In this document: positions 39,687-52,884 of the stretch, piece by piece | Layout: each line of letters begins with the position of its first letter | Position numbering within the stretch: the first letter of the stretch is position 1 | Source: Amoebidium appalachense | Lineage: Eukaryota > Protista > Ichthyosporea | Length of the DNA stretch: 64,000 bases | Direction of reading: 5' to 3' | Assembly: GCA_963693365.1 (NCBI GenBank) | Contig: CAVNZM010000004.1 | Span: 11,870,468 to 11,934,467, forward strand | Position numbers and translations under genes: made by a program | Notes under the pieces: model-generated | What the model was told of the DNA's origin: nothing | Databases searched by the model: none | The model's input: only the letters and a program-made list of their open reading frames with translations

Positions 39687-39721
39687 ATTACGTAATCATG
39701 ACTCATGAGCCATTACGTAAT
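39687..39721. promoter_or_regulatory. Cluster of perfect bZIP palindromes
   Basis: ATTACGTAAT-C-ATGACTCAT-GAGCC-ATTACGTAAT: two PAR/C-EBP-type sites around an AP-1/GCN4 site, ~1.2 kb upstream of the collagen-like gene. Confidence 0.4.
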
Positions 39722-40003
39722 CAAAACTGGGTGACCCCCATGCACATGTGATGATGCCCCATCGTGACAAACACCTACCACCGGGTGTACGCTCTGACTC
39801 AGCCTCTGAGAGTCTGGGGCTATATACAACTTGTGTACACAGCCCAGCACCTGCGGCTGCTATACGTACGTTCTTGCGTGTACATTGTGGCTTGCAGTAT
39901 GAGGACGGCCGCTGTAGAGTTGCCCTGAATACTACGCGGCATACTGGTAATTCATGCTGGAAGTTGGATGTAAAGCCGGAGCTCGAGGGGTGTTGGGGGT
40001 GAG

Positions 40004-40063
<60 letters not shown>

Positions 40064-42519
40064 CCTTCGCTCTTATATTTAGTTTTGACCTGGCTTTTCA
40101 CGTGATGATAATGATGGCTCTGAATCTGTGTATATCACTATCCCGGCCGGCCTCTTGCCCCCAACTTAAAAATGTGTATTGTGTGAATTGAGGGTTGGGA
40201 GGGAATGAAAGTTTTGGATTCAGTGGTGTTTACGTCATGGGATGAAACCGCTGCTAGAACATGGTACTCTCATATCATGATATTTAACTTAGTAATATTG
40301 TAATATTATCTGGTATGATGATCATGGCAACCTGTGTGCATATGCTCCCTTGAAGTCCCCCCCCCCCCTCTGGTCACCCCCCCGATCCCCCCACATACGT
40401 GTACACACACCACCCCCTCCTCGGGCTACATAGCCGGAGCGGTGCCTCCCCCTTCCTCCCCCCCCCCCCCCCAGTTGCTACTACCCCCCCCCCCCCCCCA
40501 CCCCTCCCCCCCCCTCTCCCCCCTCCCCCTCCCCCCCCCCCCCCCCCACCCCCTGCCGAGTCATAATCAAGCTTCCCGTAAAATTGCTAACCCTTGCCCC
40601 TCACCCGAACCCACTCATTCCCCAACCGTGCACACCTGTCAGGGAGGGCCTACCCGCTTCTCCGGAAGTATTATGGGGTGGAAAGAAACGGAATAGCATT
40701 TGGAGACCCCATGGGTTGAGCACGATGGTATTGGTTCACGCATGTTGCTTTCTAGCCTTTTGGGGCCTGCCAATCCTAATGGCAACAGACCTATATACGT
40801 AACTGCTGCATCACACAAGCATTGCAAAGAACATGTTACTTTTACAAAAAAAGAGTTGAATTTAGGCGCAAGAAGGAATTTTTAGCAGGAAGAAGGAAAA
40901 AAAAGCCAACCTCGGGGTGAGCCGCTGCAACGGGCTGAAAAAAATTCGCAAGCCGTCGACGTCTCTTTCCGTCCCATAATTAGACCATGTTTGCCGGTTC
41001 ATGAACATGTGTTCCGGGAGCCACTGCCCTGTGTGGTGGAAGGAGAATGAAGGACCTAATAGAGGAGGAGGATTTGCGGCCCATAGTCATGGTGGTGCCA
41101 CGGTAGGGAGACTCTGATTGGTGATCGCAAATCATTAAAGCTCAGATGGTCCAGCTCCCGGTGTATCATAATGCATGGCACGAGCGAGTACATGTGTCTA
41201 CTACGGCACTTTTACTGTACCTTAAATGAATTTTGAAATGGTGGTGGTGGCGGTGGTGGCGGTGGTTGGTGGGTGGGGGGGGGGGGGGGAAGGGGCAGGT
41301 GGAGTTTGGGGGGGAAGGACTAGAGGGAGATGGAGGGGGGGGGGGGTAGAGGGGGAGTGGGGAAAGGTGGGGAGGGGAAGAGGGGGGAAGGGGTGGGGTA
41401 GTAAAACTGCCCTTTCAGTCCCCAGGCCCCTGAAAGCCGTGAGCTTTCAAGTGTCATTTATTTTTCTTATCCCTCCATTTTTCTCTGGAGAAATCCCTCA
41501 CGAGAGGTCCCTCGTTAGATTCCGAACTACTTTCTTCCGCTACATACACACGACTGTACCCTCGCCAGGGTGCTAATTATCATACCAGCTAGGTGAACAC
41601 GCCTATACCGATCCTTCTAACTACTACCCCATTGGGCGTCTAAATCTAAATGTGACCCCTATCCATGGCTGAGCCAAGGAGTAGAGAAGGGGGGGGGGGG
41701 GGGGGGGGGCACAGCGCGGAGGCTGACGTCAGGGATTCTCGAATCAAAACGGGGAGGGGGTTAGTAGTAATTTTCCTTTCTTTTCTTTCTTTCTTTCTTT
41801 TTTTTTTTTTTTGGGGGGGGGGGGATTAGGGGGGGGGGACACACTCACCCATCCGGCTAGCAGGGGGAGGGGAGGGAGGGTTGGTCGAGGGAGACCCACC
41901 ACCTACTTGAGTAGGTGGGGCTTTGGGGGGGGAGGAGGGTCCCACCCACCCCATAGGCTGCCATTACCATAACGATAGGAGACAACCTGATCATATAATT
42001 GTCATATAAGATAGCAGCGGTTTACATACATTCCCCAAACGTAAGCACTGAAACTAAAACGGGTAGTAGAATTCCTTGATCACCTGAAACTCAGGCTATA
42101 TGTCGCACGATCATCCCCCCCCCCCCCCCCCCCACCCCCCCTCCCTCCCCCGGGCCCCCTCTCCCCCCCCCCCTCCCCCCCCCCCCCCCCCCCTTTCCCC
42201 CTCGCACTCGTTTCCAGTCGCCCCACCTTGCACGCGCACGCGCCGCACACAAGTTCACAATTATTCAATTCACACGTGCCTGCACTAGCATGTACACGGT
42301 ACACGCACACAAGGTGCACAAACTTTGACCAGCGATGAGCACACAAAAAATGTACGAACATGCAGATACACTCACACACACACATACATTTCCCGCCACA
42401 TGTGTACACACTGAGATACGCACACGAACACTGCACGGTGAGCACGATAATAACCTTGCCCCAAATAATCCATAATTTAGAAATGGTTGACCAATACGCG
42501 TGTGTGTCTGTGTGTTGTG

Positions 42520-42616
<97 letters not shown>

Positions 42617-42906
42617 TGTGTTTGTGCGCGCGGGCCGCAGCGCGTGCGCGCATGCATTTACTTGTGTAAAAGAGCAGGGGGAGAGAGGGGGGGAGAGGGG
42701 GAGGAGGTGAGTGGGGCTGGAGGGGCAGGGGGGAGAGGGGGAGGGGGGGGGGGGGGAGAGGGGGCGGGGGGAAGGAGTCGTTAGAGAATGCCAAAGAGCA
42801 TATAGTACACATTTACCGCGGACAAAACAAAGCAGGCCTTGCAAAGAACACACAACAACTGCGGTATGCATCCGGCAAAAGAATAGCACCAGCACGGAGG
42901 GGTGGG

Positions 42907-42959
<53 letters not shown>

Positions 42960-42986
42960 CGCACGAGTGTGTGTGCGTTTGTGTAT

Positions 42987-43050
<64 letters not shown>

Positions 43051-43582
43051 CGTGTGTGTGTGCGTGCGTGTGTGTGTGTGTGTGTGTGTGTGCGTTTGTG
43101 TATGGTGTGTGTGTGTGTGTGTGTTGGGGGGGGGGGGGGGGGGGGGGGAGGGGTGGTGGTGGAGGAGGCGGGGAGGAAGGGATATGCATCGATCAGTGGC
43201 CAAAACGGAAGCAATTCCTCCAAACTTTGAAAAATGGGAGGAAAAAAAAAAAAAAAAAAAAAGAAGTAAAGAATACAGCCTTTGGTGGGTGGAAAAGAAA
43301 CTGTGGCCATGATCACGCGCACGCGCCGGGCTGTGGGGGGTGGGGTGGGGGGTGGGGGCTGGGGGAGGGGGGCGGGGGGGGGGGTAGGGGGGAGGGGGAC
43401 CCGCGGTAGATTGGGGACTTTGGGGGGGGGAGGGGGGGGGGGGGGGAAAGAGGGAGAGGAACCAACAAGGGGTACACCCCCCCCCCCCCCCACCCACCCA
43501 CCCCACTATTTTTAAAGCCAAAAATCTCACAGCAGATGGGCACCTCCCCCCCCCCCCCCCCCCCCCCCCTCCCTGCCCGTCC

Positions 43583-43617
<35 letters not shown>

Positions 43618-44296
43618 ACACACACACCCTCCCGTCCCCCTCCCCCCACCCCCAACCCTCCCCCCGCCAACAACACAACCCGATCCAAACCACCCACCCG
43701 AATGACGGGTTAGGTTGCGGCCCCGGATCCCCTCCCGAATTCATTTCCCGTCCGGCCCGCCGCGCTCGCGCCCTTTCAAAATCAAAGTACGTGAGTTTGG
43801 GATGAATGGGCAGGGAGGAAAGAACGAACTCGAGGGAGCGAATGCCATATGCACATAATTTAGACTAGTTCGCACATGTACATAAAAGAACCCGTTCATG
43901 GTTGCGGTTGATGGCCATGCGCAATGGCCATTCCGAGCGTCAGCCTGAGCTCGAAAAAACGAGAACTCGGTGCTCAGTGCTGATCATATTTGAAAATTTC
44001 CCGCGCTTTTTGTAAGGCTGGATCTTGGTTGGAAGATAGGAGCAAATCAGCAAGCGCTAAAGGTGAGCCACTGTTCTCCCTAGATCTTACCCTTCTTCCG
44101 TGCTCAACATCTCTCCCGGCTAGTTCTGCCATTCTGTGCGACCTTGTGCAATAATTTTTTTATAAAAGAGGTAATATGGAAAGTATAGCTAAGTCCTATT
44201 GTATTCATAAATTTTTGTCAAGGTTTTGATTATCCGTTCTCAAGCAAACTACACTGGAGATTCTGCGCAGATTGTCAGAACCTTCCGCCATAGCTG

Positions 44297-44375
44297 ATTG
44301 GCTGAAGGCTTCTCACGTTTCTAACCATAAATGGGCACGCGAGCAAATCACCCTGGATCACAAGGATATATAAAG
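44297..44375 (+). promoter_or_regulatory. CCAAT box (ATTGG) plus TATA box
   Basis: CTGATTGGCTG at ~44294-44304 and TATATAAAG at 44367-44375, with an Inr-like TCAAAC/TCACTC about 30-40 nt downstream. Confidence 0.55.
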
Positions 44376-44492
44376 GTCAAGTCTACACTCAGACACGTCA
44401 AACTTCACTCGAAGAAACGTGCAAAAAGTTGACCAAGTTGTCCAACAAAGTAAAACGAAACCCTATCTTTATCTCGTCTCAAAGCATCGAAA

Positions 44493-44663
44493 ATGCTTTC
44501 TACGGCGGCAAAGCGTTCCTCTGTCAGCGTCGTGTCGAACATACAACGTGTTGCGGCGTCTCAGGCAGCCAAAACAACAACTACCCAGGAGGTGTCGCGA
44601 ACTGAGCCCATGATTCACACCAACGAGCAGGCTGGCATGCAGATGACCTGGTGGTGCCACTAG
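44493..44663 (+). CDS. 56-aa small ORF, candidate micropeptide with a mitochondrial-presequence-like N-terminus
   Basis: GAAAATG start context like OPLAH and the collagen-like gene. Translation MLSTAAKRSSVSVVSNIQRVAASQAAKTTTTQEVSRTEPMIHTNEQAGMQMTWWCH*. Lies downstream of CCAAT+TATA in a repeat-free 1.5-kb island; below the ORF-track length cutoff. Confidence 0.5.
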   Translation: MLSTAAKRSSVSVVSNIQRVAASQAAKTTTTQEVSRTEPMIHTNEQAGMQMTWWCH

Positions 44664-45620
44664 TACCTGGGTTGAGGATGTGGCCTTACAGCGAAGGGAA
44701 AGGATTCGTAGAAACCAGAAGTTGTCAGCAGGCTACGCAACACAACCAAATGTGGTGTACAGCAAAGCTTGTCAGTTCACAATTGCTTTTCATGAGCTTT
44801 CGAAGTTTGTTGATAAAGTTTATCAACCTGCTTTGGTAAAGACCTTTGAAAGAGAGAGCTTCAGAACGAGCGCCAAAGTTTATCTGCTCTGTATACATAG
44901 TTTTTCCCGACCTATGAGCCCTAAGAAATGCCAAACGAGTTAACTGAATTCTTGCTTTTCAGATCATAATCGATCACCCTCTGATGTTGAGGTGAAAATG
45001 TAGTTTTTTTTTTTAAACCTAGATCTTACAATTGAGATAGCGGCCATACTGTTACAGAAGAGAATCAGGGCTTTTATGGGCTGCTACTTTGGTTGCAAGC
45101 GTTAGAGAAGGCGCCTGCTGTCGAGTGTTGGAATCCCTTGGCTGGATCCGCACCTGAGATTTCAACTCAAATAAACACGGTTTCATGGTTGTATGTTGTA
45201 TATACGTGTACATGTACACCATTTGCTTGCATGCAAGGAATGCTGGCTGATTCTTTCTTTCCATTGCCAACGGTACGTTTACGGTGTCCTTTTGTTGCCA
45301 TGGCTGGCAAGTCTGGAGCGTAGGCGTATGAGGATGGGTACGTTACGGCATACGTATACGATGCCACTATTAGTTTATTTCTGGTAGCTATACTTGAACA
45401 GATGTGAACACTACCGTGAATGGTGCAGTGAAATTCACAAACCTCCATATATGGACAACTTCAAGTTGCCACAGAACATTCACATGCGCAGTTCAACTGC
45501 ATACGGCAAGGGACAGCTAGATACTTGCAAAACGTAATACCCTTGTACATATTCGATGTCTCTTTTGTGCTAAGTCTGTACATCGAGACTCGCATTTTGC
45601 TACGGTTTATGTGCTGCTAA

Positions 45621-45655
<35 letters not shown>

Positions 45656-45658
45656 CCC

Positions 45659-45689
<31 letters not shown>

Positions 45690-45842
45690 CTGCCCTTCCC
45701 CCATTCTCCCCCCGGCGGAACCGAAAAAAGGGGAACACATGGTTTGGGTAGCTATAGGCAGGAGGCCACAAAAGAAGACGAGAGCAAGGGGGTCCATGTC
45801 GGATTTTGCATCACGCAGCCACACTTGGCTTTGTGGTGGCGT

Positions 45843-46248
45843 TTACACAATAGTCGTGTCTCTGATCTGGGTCAGCACTGCAGACGCCCGTTTCAGCGCG
45901 TTATACATCTCCTCGGCCTCCTTGCGCTGTGTGCACCCACCCTTCAAGTCAGTGGCCACAAAAAAAAAACAAAAAAAAACAAAAAAAACAAAAACGGTAC
46001 AACCTACGGGAAAAGTGTTCAAGGCCCAGTAGAGAGAAGGGTGGGGGTTTGATGAGAACTTTACACACAGGGCTGAAGCCTATCGAGGGGTTGTGTTTGT
46101 GTATGATGGTGGGTGGGGTTGTCAAGTGGTCAAAATAGAGTAAAAAGGGTTTTGGGTGGGTGGGTTGTGGATCAGTTGCATAATTATTGCGCTGTCGGAG
46201 AGGCAACAAGAGGTTATGGGTGGGTGGGTGGAAGGTGGTGGTGGTGCT

Positions 46249-46313
<65 letters not shown>

Positions 46314-46591
46314 TGAATGCGTCAAAAAGTACGAAGTACACAAGAACAAACGGATAACACGATGCAGAATGCAAGCCATACATAAAGAGTATGCATAATA
46401 AGCAGAGCCCATCCTCGGGGGGGGGGGGGGGGGGTGTAAAAAGAAGTGGTGAGCAGGCAAACAAATGAGTTACCTGCTTGACAACCTCCGGACTCTCCGA
46501 AAGCAGGAGCTCCAGGTTTTCACGCTTATAAAGCCGGCTCACCTGCGGTGGCGGCGGCGGCGGCGGTGGTGTTGGTGGCGGTGGTGGTGGT

Positions 46592-46676
<85 letters not shown>

Positions 46677-46896
46677 GGGGGAGGGGGGGGGAGGGGGGGA
46701 GAGAGAGGGAGGGAGAGAAAGAGAGGAGGAGGGGGGGGGGGGGGGGGGGGGGGAGCCTGTTAGTGTGAGCCTCGTGTGTGAGAAAGAGAGGAGAGAGAGA
46801 GGGAAAATGGGGCAGGGGGAGAGAGGCTGGTTGGCTTTGAAAAATGTCATGGCTGGGCCACTAAAAAGCAGGAGGAAATGGAGAGGATTTGGGGGA

Positions 46897-46950
<54 letters not shown>

Positions 46951-48792
46951 AGGTGCTGTGTAGTGCAACACACTAGTAAGGGTGCATACAAATTCTCACC
47001 AACGACAGTTGTATGAGGGGGAAGTGGGGGGAGGGGGAGGAGGGTGAAGGGATGGAAGCGAGGGGTGGTTGGGTGGAACGAAAAAATGTCCTTTCCTTGT
47101 CCCTTCCCCACTCTACAACAATATCAGGATTTCTAGCTCCATTATTTCATGTCCGCATGAATGTAACCAGCACAGCTAGGGTCAACCTGTTAGATCGTGA
47201 TATGGGGCTTAAATCGTGATACACATTAGGATATTTAGAGCTTTTTGCGCCAGCCTCCCAGTGTTTTTTTTCCCAAGCAGGTCTGTGTGTTCATAACCGC
47301 CATGCAAAATTTCAATTTCAACCGATGAAAACTGAATTTATTATAAATATGGTTATCACGTGTCACGATTTAAACCCCGTATCACGATCTAAAGGTTTGA
47401 CCCTACTCTTGTGCATGTGCTTGATTTTGTCGAGACAAACACTTTCTTTTTCTTTCCCTTTCCTGCCTCCACTCCACTCTTCTTTTCTTCTATCATTATT
47501 ATCTTCACCATTATCCCTACAGTGCAGGTGTGTAGGTATTGAATGCCATGCAACGTGCCAAGATGTGTGCACACATACCAGGTAGCTCTGCAGGTTGTCT
47601 TTAATGTGGTTGACCAGCTGGTACATGACGGCCTTGGGCACCGCATCCTGCACCGTCTTGCGCACAACGTTGAAGTACGACGTGATCAGCGACTCTGTGA
47701 ACAAACAGTGGGTTAGTTTGGCTATGGTGGTGGTGATAGTGGTGGTGGTGGTGGTGGTGGTGGTGTGTGTGTGTGTGTGTGTGTGTGTGGAGAGGGGGGG
47801 GCGAGAGGGGGGGGGGACGGGGGGGAAGGGGGGGGGGGGGAGGGGGGGGGGCTGCCTGCAAAAACAAGTGAGCAGGGTCGGTGGTTCTTGCAGAGGTAAC
47901 GGCAGCAGACATACAATTATAACTTAGGTATAATCGGACGGATATCAGTAGGACATTTGCAGGTGGATGTAACTGTAAAGACGGTCATGCTGTGCCGGGC
48001 TCATGCAACCAAGGCACTTCAGGATTCTTGCACCATAAGCCCAAGCGACATTTGGAGGTGGGGTGGTGTAATGGTGCTGCTGCTCCTGAAGGGGGAGGGG
48101 GAGGGGGGTGGGGGTGGGGGTGGGTTGAAGTTTATAAGAGCGGAAAGTGGTTAGGTGGCTAGAAGGACAAGTGGGGGCCACATACTAATAAGGTCGGTCT
48201 CCATCTGGTCCCTGCTGTTCAACTCCTCGTCCACTGGCGCAAACTGTGGCAATATTTGCTGTTAGAGTCCGTGCATCCATTACAGAGTCTATCAGTCTAT
48301 CCTGGTGTGCACTGATAATCATTGATCCCTCCTCCCCTCCCCCCTCTTCCCCAGGAGAAAAAAACGCGCACGGGAGCGCACACGCACGCACACAAAACAA
48401 CCTTATCGCGCTGTACAGGATCACGAAGGCAGGAAACGGCCTTATGCATGCATGGACACGACCGCAATAGCGTCATGCATGTGAGACCAACATATGCGCA
48501 CAAGGTCCAACTTGGCTGTGATCCAGTTGCAAAGGCATCACGTGTGCCGTGTATTTTCTTTATGGTCACTGTGGAGAAAAGTGATCTTCAGGTGGGGACT
48601 GGAAGTCTATGCTTGTGTGTGTGTCCGCTTAGGTGCCCTCGGGTGGGGCGCAGAAGGAGGGGGGGGGGGGGGGGGGGGGGGGGGAGGGTGTCCTAAGGTG
48701 GGGAGAAAAGGAAGGGACAGGGCCGGGAAGGGGGGGGGGGGGGGTCCTATAGGGGTGGCGAGAAAAAAAGAAAAACGGCGGGGGGAAGGGGT

Positions 48793-48823
<31 letters not shown>

Positions 48824-49953
48824 GGGAACGTACGTGGCTGGCATCGTAGAGATCGTTATCGCTGTGCACGTGGTGCAGTGGAGCCTCCTGATTGGACGAT
48901 GGGGTCTGGGTGGCGGTCTTGCCCCCAAACCACTTGCCCCATAGCCCCACCCTCTGTTTCCACATGGCCCTCCCGTTAGTCTCGTGCACAAATATTTATT
49001 ATCTAACATGGGTAGGGAGCAGGAGGGGATTTGACAGTGTGTGTTTAGGGTTGGGTGTGTAAGTGGATTAGGGTCTAAACGGCGGGTGACGAAGAGAGAC
49101 AACGGGGGGTGAGGTATGAGTGTGAGTGTGAGTGTGAGTTTGAGTGTGAGTGTGAGTGTGAGTGTGAGTGTGAGTGTGTGTGTGTGAGGTGGGGGGGAGG
49201 GCACAGTAGGATGTAAAGCATATATGCTCCCATATATATGTTTGTTGATAAATATTGTTGTATTTCAATAAAGGCGGAAAGGACAAGAGGGGGTAGGTGG
49301 TTCCTGATTTCCACAGAAAAAAAAACAGGCTAGTGCTTCAAGCAACACCCATACCAACATATTCGTTCAAGATTACAGAAACACCCATTTAGAAAACAAC
49401 TCTAAGAAGCCACTCTGCCGGAAGGAGTGCCAATGAAGTAGATTGGGATCCGAGATGGGTTAGAGAACTGAGCCATTGTGTGTATGGATGGAGGGGATGT
49501 AATGGTACCTGGGAGGATTCTGTAGGCGGGTTTTCAAGGCCATCCGAGTTTACAGCAAGGTCATCTGGCGGTAGCCCGGATGCGTTCTGAGTAAGTGAGC
49601 AAGCGAGTCAGTGAGTGTGAATGAATGGGTGAGTGAGTGAGTAAGAGAGTGCGTGTGAGTGAGTGAGTGAGTGAGTGAGTGTGTGTCGGGTTGGTTTGCT
49701 GTAGGTTGTGTGCGTGCAAAGATGATGTGTGCAGGTCGATGTTACTTCTGAACGATTAAAGCACGGGTGCATGGACAGCACACAGAGTCTTAACACTTCA
49801 TCATATCAGTCAATGCAACTACAAATCAAAACAACCAAATCGACGATCCTGTGTCGTGCACATCGCTTACTGTAGTGACAGGACACGCACGCACGCACAC
49901 ACGCACGTACCCACACACAAACACACAACCGAGTGAACGCACAGACGCACACA

Positions 49954-50025
<72 letters not shown>

Positions 50026-50049
50026 CACGCATGCACACCCGTGCACGTG

Positions 50050-50109
<60 letters not shown>

Positions 50110-51722
50110 ACACACACGCACGCACACACACACACACACACACACCTTCGCCCTTTCTGATGCCAGTGAAGCCTGTTCGGAGACGTATGCTTGCAGTGCG
50201 CTCTGTGTCAAACCCTGCATCCAAACGGGCACGATGATCACCAGATAAGCCACTGTTCAATTCCAGTACACATAATAAAATGCACTCTCAAACAATGAAA
50301 TAACAGACAACTCTAGGACCGAGGCATGCACACTAATGACGACATTCTAGGCATGGCTAGGGGAATAATCACACCCAAACCACAGCAGCAGTGACATACG
50401 TAAGAGCTCCCCTTGCATCATTGATCTTTACACACTTTCCTTATATGGGTGATCTGATCGGACTGGTTCGATACTTTCCTAATATGGGTAATCCAATCGG
50501 ACTGGTTTCGATCTAAGCTAAAAATAAAGACGTACGATTCACGAAGCACGAACGAAACTCTAAACAAACACACCGCCCAAGTGCACAGAGTGGGCATGAA
50601 ATTCGTACCTGGGTAGGGCCTGAAGGGAGCATTGTGGAGCTAAGGGTGTGGTTGCGAGGTCTCTGTGCCGGGGCACCTGGCCTGACCAGTGGGTGGGCAT
50701 GGACTTGGGTATGCTTCTGCTGCTGCCTCCTCTCCATTAGCTGCGTTACCGCTGCAGGGCAAGTCGGGTGTTAGAAATAAAGGAAAAATGGATGGGGGTT
50801 TGTGTTGTGTGTGTGAGGGTGTGGTATTGCTTGGTGCATTTTTAGCCTATCGAAGCATGCCGGATGTCTGCATTGTACCTGCAAGTGAAGTCACTGGTGC
50901 AGACATGCTGCAAAGGCGTGTGCACGTGTTTGTGTGTACAAGCCCCAATGCATCATGAACAGTGAAAGTCGCGGGAGGGAGAGGGGGAGGGCCCGGGGAC
51001 CAGGGGGAAGGGGGGGTGGGGGGACAGATGCAGTATTTAAGACTGCCGATATATCAATTTAAGGACATAAATGCATTGTGTCTAATAGGCTGGTGGAGGG
51101 GTGGTTACCCTGCTGGCCGCCTACAAAGTCCGGATGGTTGGTGTTGATGTATGCCAGCTCCATGCCGATCAAGTTCTCAATCATGCCTAGGGTGGGCTCC
51201 AACCGGCTGTCACAGCACACCCTTATCAGTGAGTAACCACCCTTCACAGCCCCATGATACACGCAGATGTGTCAAAAGGAAGACCCCCCCCCCCCCCCCC
51301 CCCCCTCATCCAGCAGCATTTCCCGGCCTTGGCCTCTACTGCATTTGAGCTTCCCACTTCCCACTTCACTAAACTTCCATATCCCTACATACAAATACCA
51401 GCCTTTTCTTATCCCCCCCCCCCCCCCCAAAAAAAAAAATAAAATAAAAAATAAATTAAAAAATCAATAAAATAAAACAAAAATAGATAAAACCTTTTCA
51501 AAGACCTTGGCCTATCGTGCTATTCTTGAAACTCCTAGCACGGTGCCCCTCTTCCTCCCGATTCTCTTTTAACACACATGCCTTCACTTTTCCTCTACAC
51601 CCAACCACGGACACATGTTACCAACCCTATGTTGTTAAACAGGTGCATTCTGTTGCTCGAGAACATTATGGATCGGCGCAGATATAATCAAAAGAAAGTG
51701 CAGTTAAGTACGGCTGAGTTAT

Positions 51723-51810
<88 letters not shown>

Positions 51811-51834
51811 GGAAAGCAGTGGAAGGAAGAAAGG

Positions 51835-51886
<52 letters not shown>

Positions 51887-52309
51887 TGTTTTCTTTGCGC
51901 TCCGTGGGAGGGAGGGAGTGAGGGACGGAGGGACGGAGGAGGGGAGTGAGTGAATGAGGGAGAGAGGGAGGGATGAAGGGAGGGAGGGGGGAGGGAGTGA
52001 GTGTGCGAGTGAGGGAAGAGGGTGGGAGGGAGGGAGGGAGGGAGAGCGAGAGCTGGATTCACAGAGGATCAAGTACCTATTCAGCAACTCTGTAATGGCC
52101 TCTGTGATTTGTTTCCTCAAAACACCAAACCGTGTCAGCTCATTCTGTTGATGTTGACCACATTAGTAAGAAAATGAACACTACAAACCGGGGCAGTAAC
52201 ATACGAATACATTCGTCCCGTGTGGTCCAACACTAATCGATTGCATCCCCCCCCCCCCCCCCCCCTGAAATAATGGGTTGGGGGAGGAAGGGAGGGTGGG
52301 TGGGTGGGT

Positions 52310-52342
<33 letters not shown>

Positions 52343-52442
52343 GTCCACCCCTATCCCCAACAAACACATCCACAAAAACATATACGTACTGCATACAAAA
52401 CAGCCCCCCCCCCCCCCCCCCCCCCCCCCCCACAGAAAAAAA

Positions 52443-52491
<49 letters not shown>

Positions 52492-52811
52492 ACCCACCCA
52501 CCCACCCACCCACCCACCCACACCCACACCCAAACACACACCCATGCACACACACCATTGCCTCACACTGGGAGGCTATCCTCAGCAGCTCGGCATGGAC
52601 CATCTCTGCACAGCGCTGGGAGGGGTCTGCCAACCGCTGGATCTGCCGCTTGACAAGCAGCTCAAACGATACCTCGGGAACAAAAAGAGCCCGCCGTGCA
52701 CCCTGTGTGTGTGGGGGGGCGGTGGGTTACAACCAACTACTTGGATGTGGGGAGAGACACATACTCGCACGCACACACACATGCACACACACATGTGCGC
52801 GCGCGGGCACA

Positions 52812-52884
<73 letters not shown>

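Noticed and set aside
40979-41090. Minus-strand ATG in strong CACCACCATG context (MTMGRKSSSS...)
   Set aside because: 36-codon ORF with no convincing splice partner or recognisable features.
50435-50512. CRISPR-like ~39-bp repeats
   Set aside because: Only two abutting copies, no spacers, eukaryotic intron, no cas genes.
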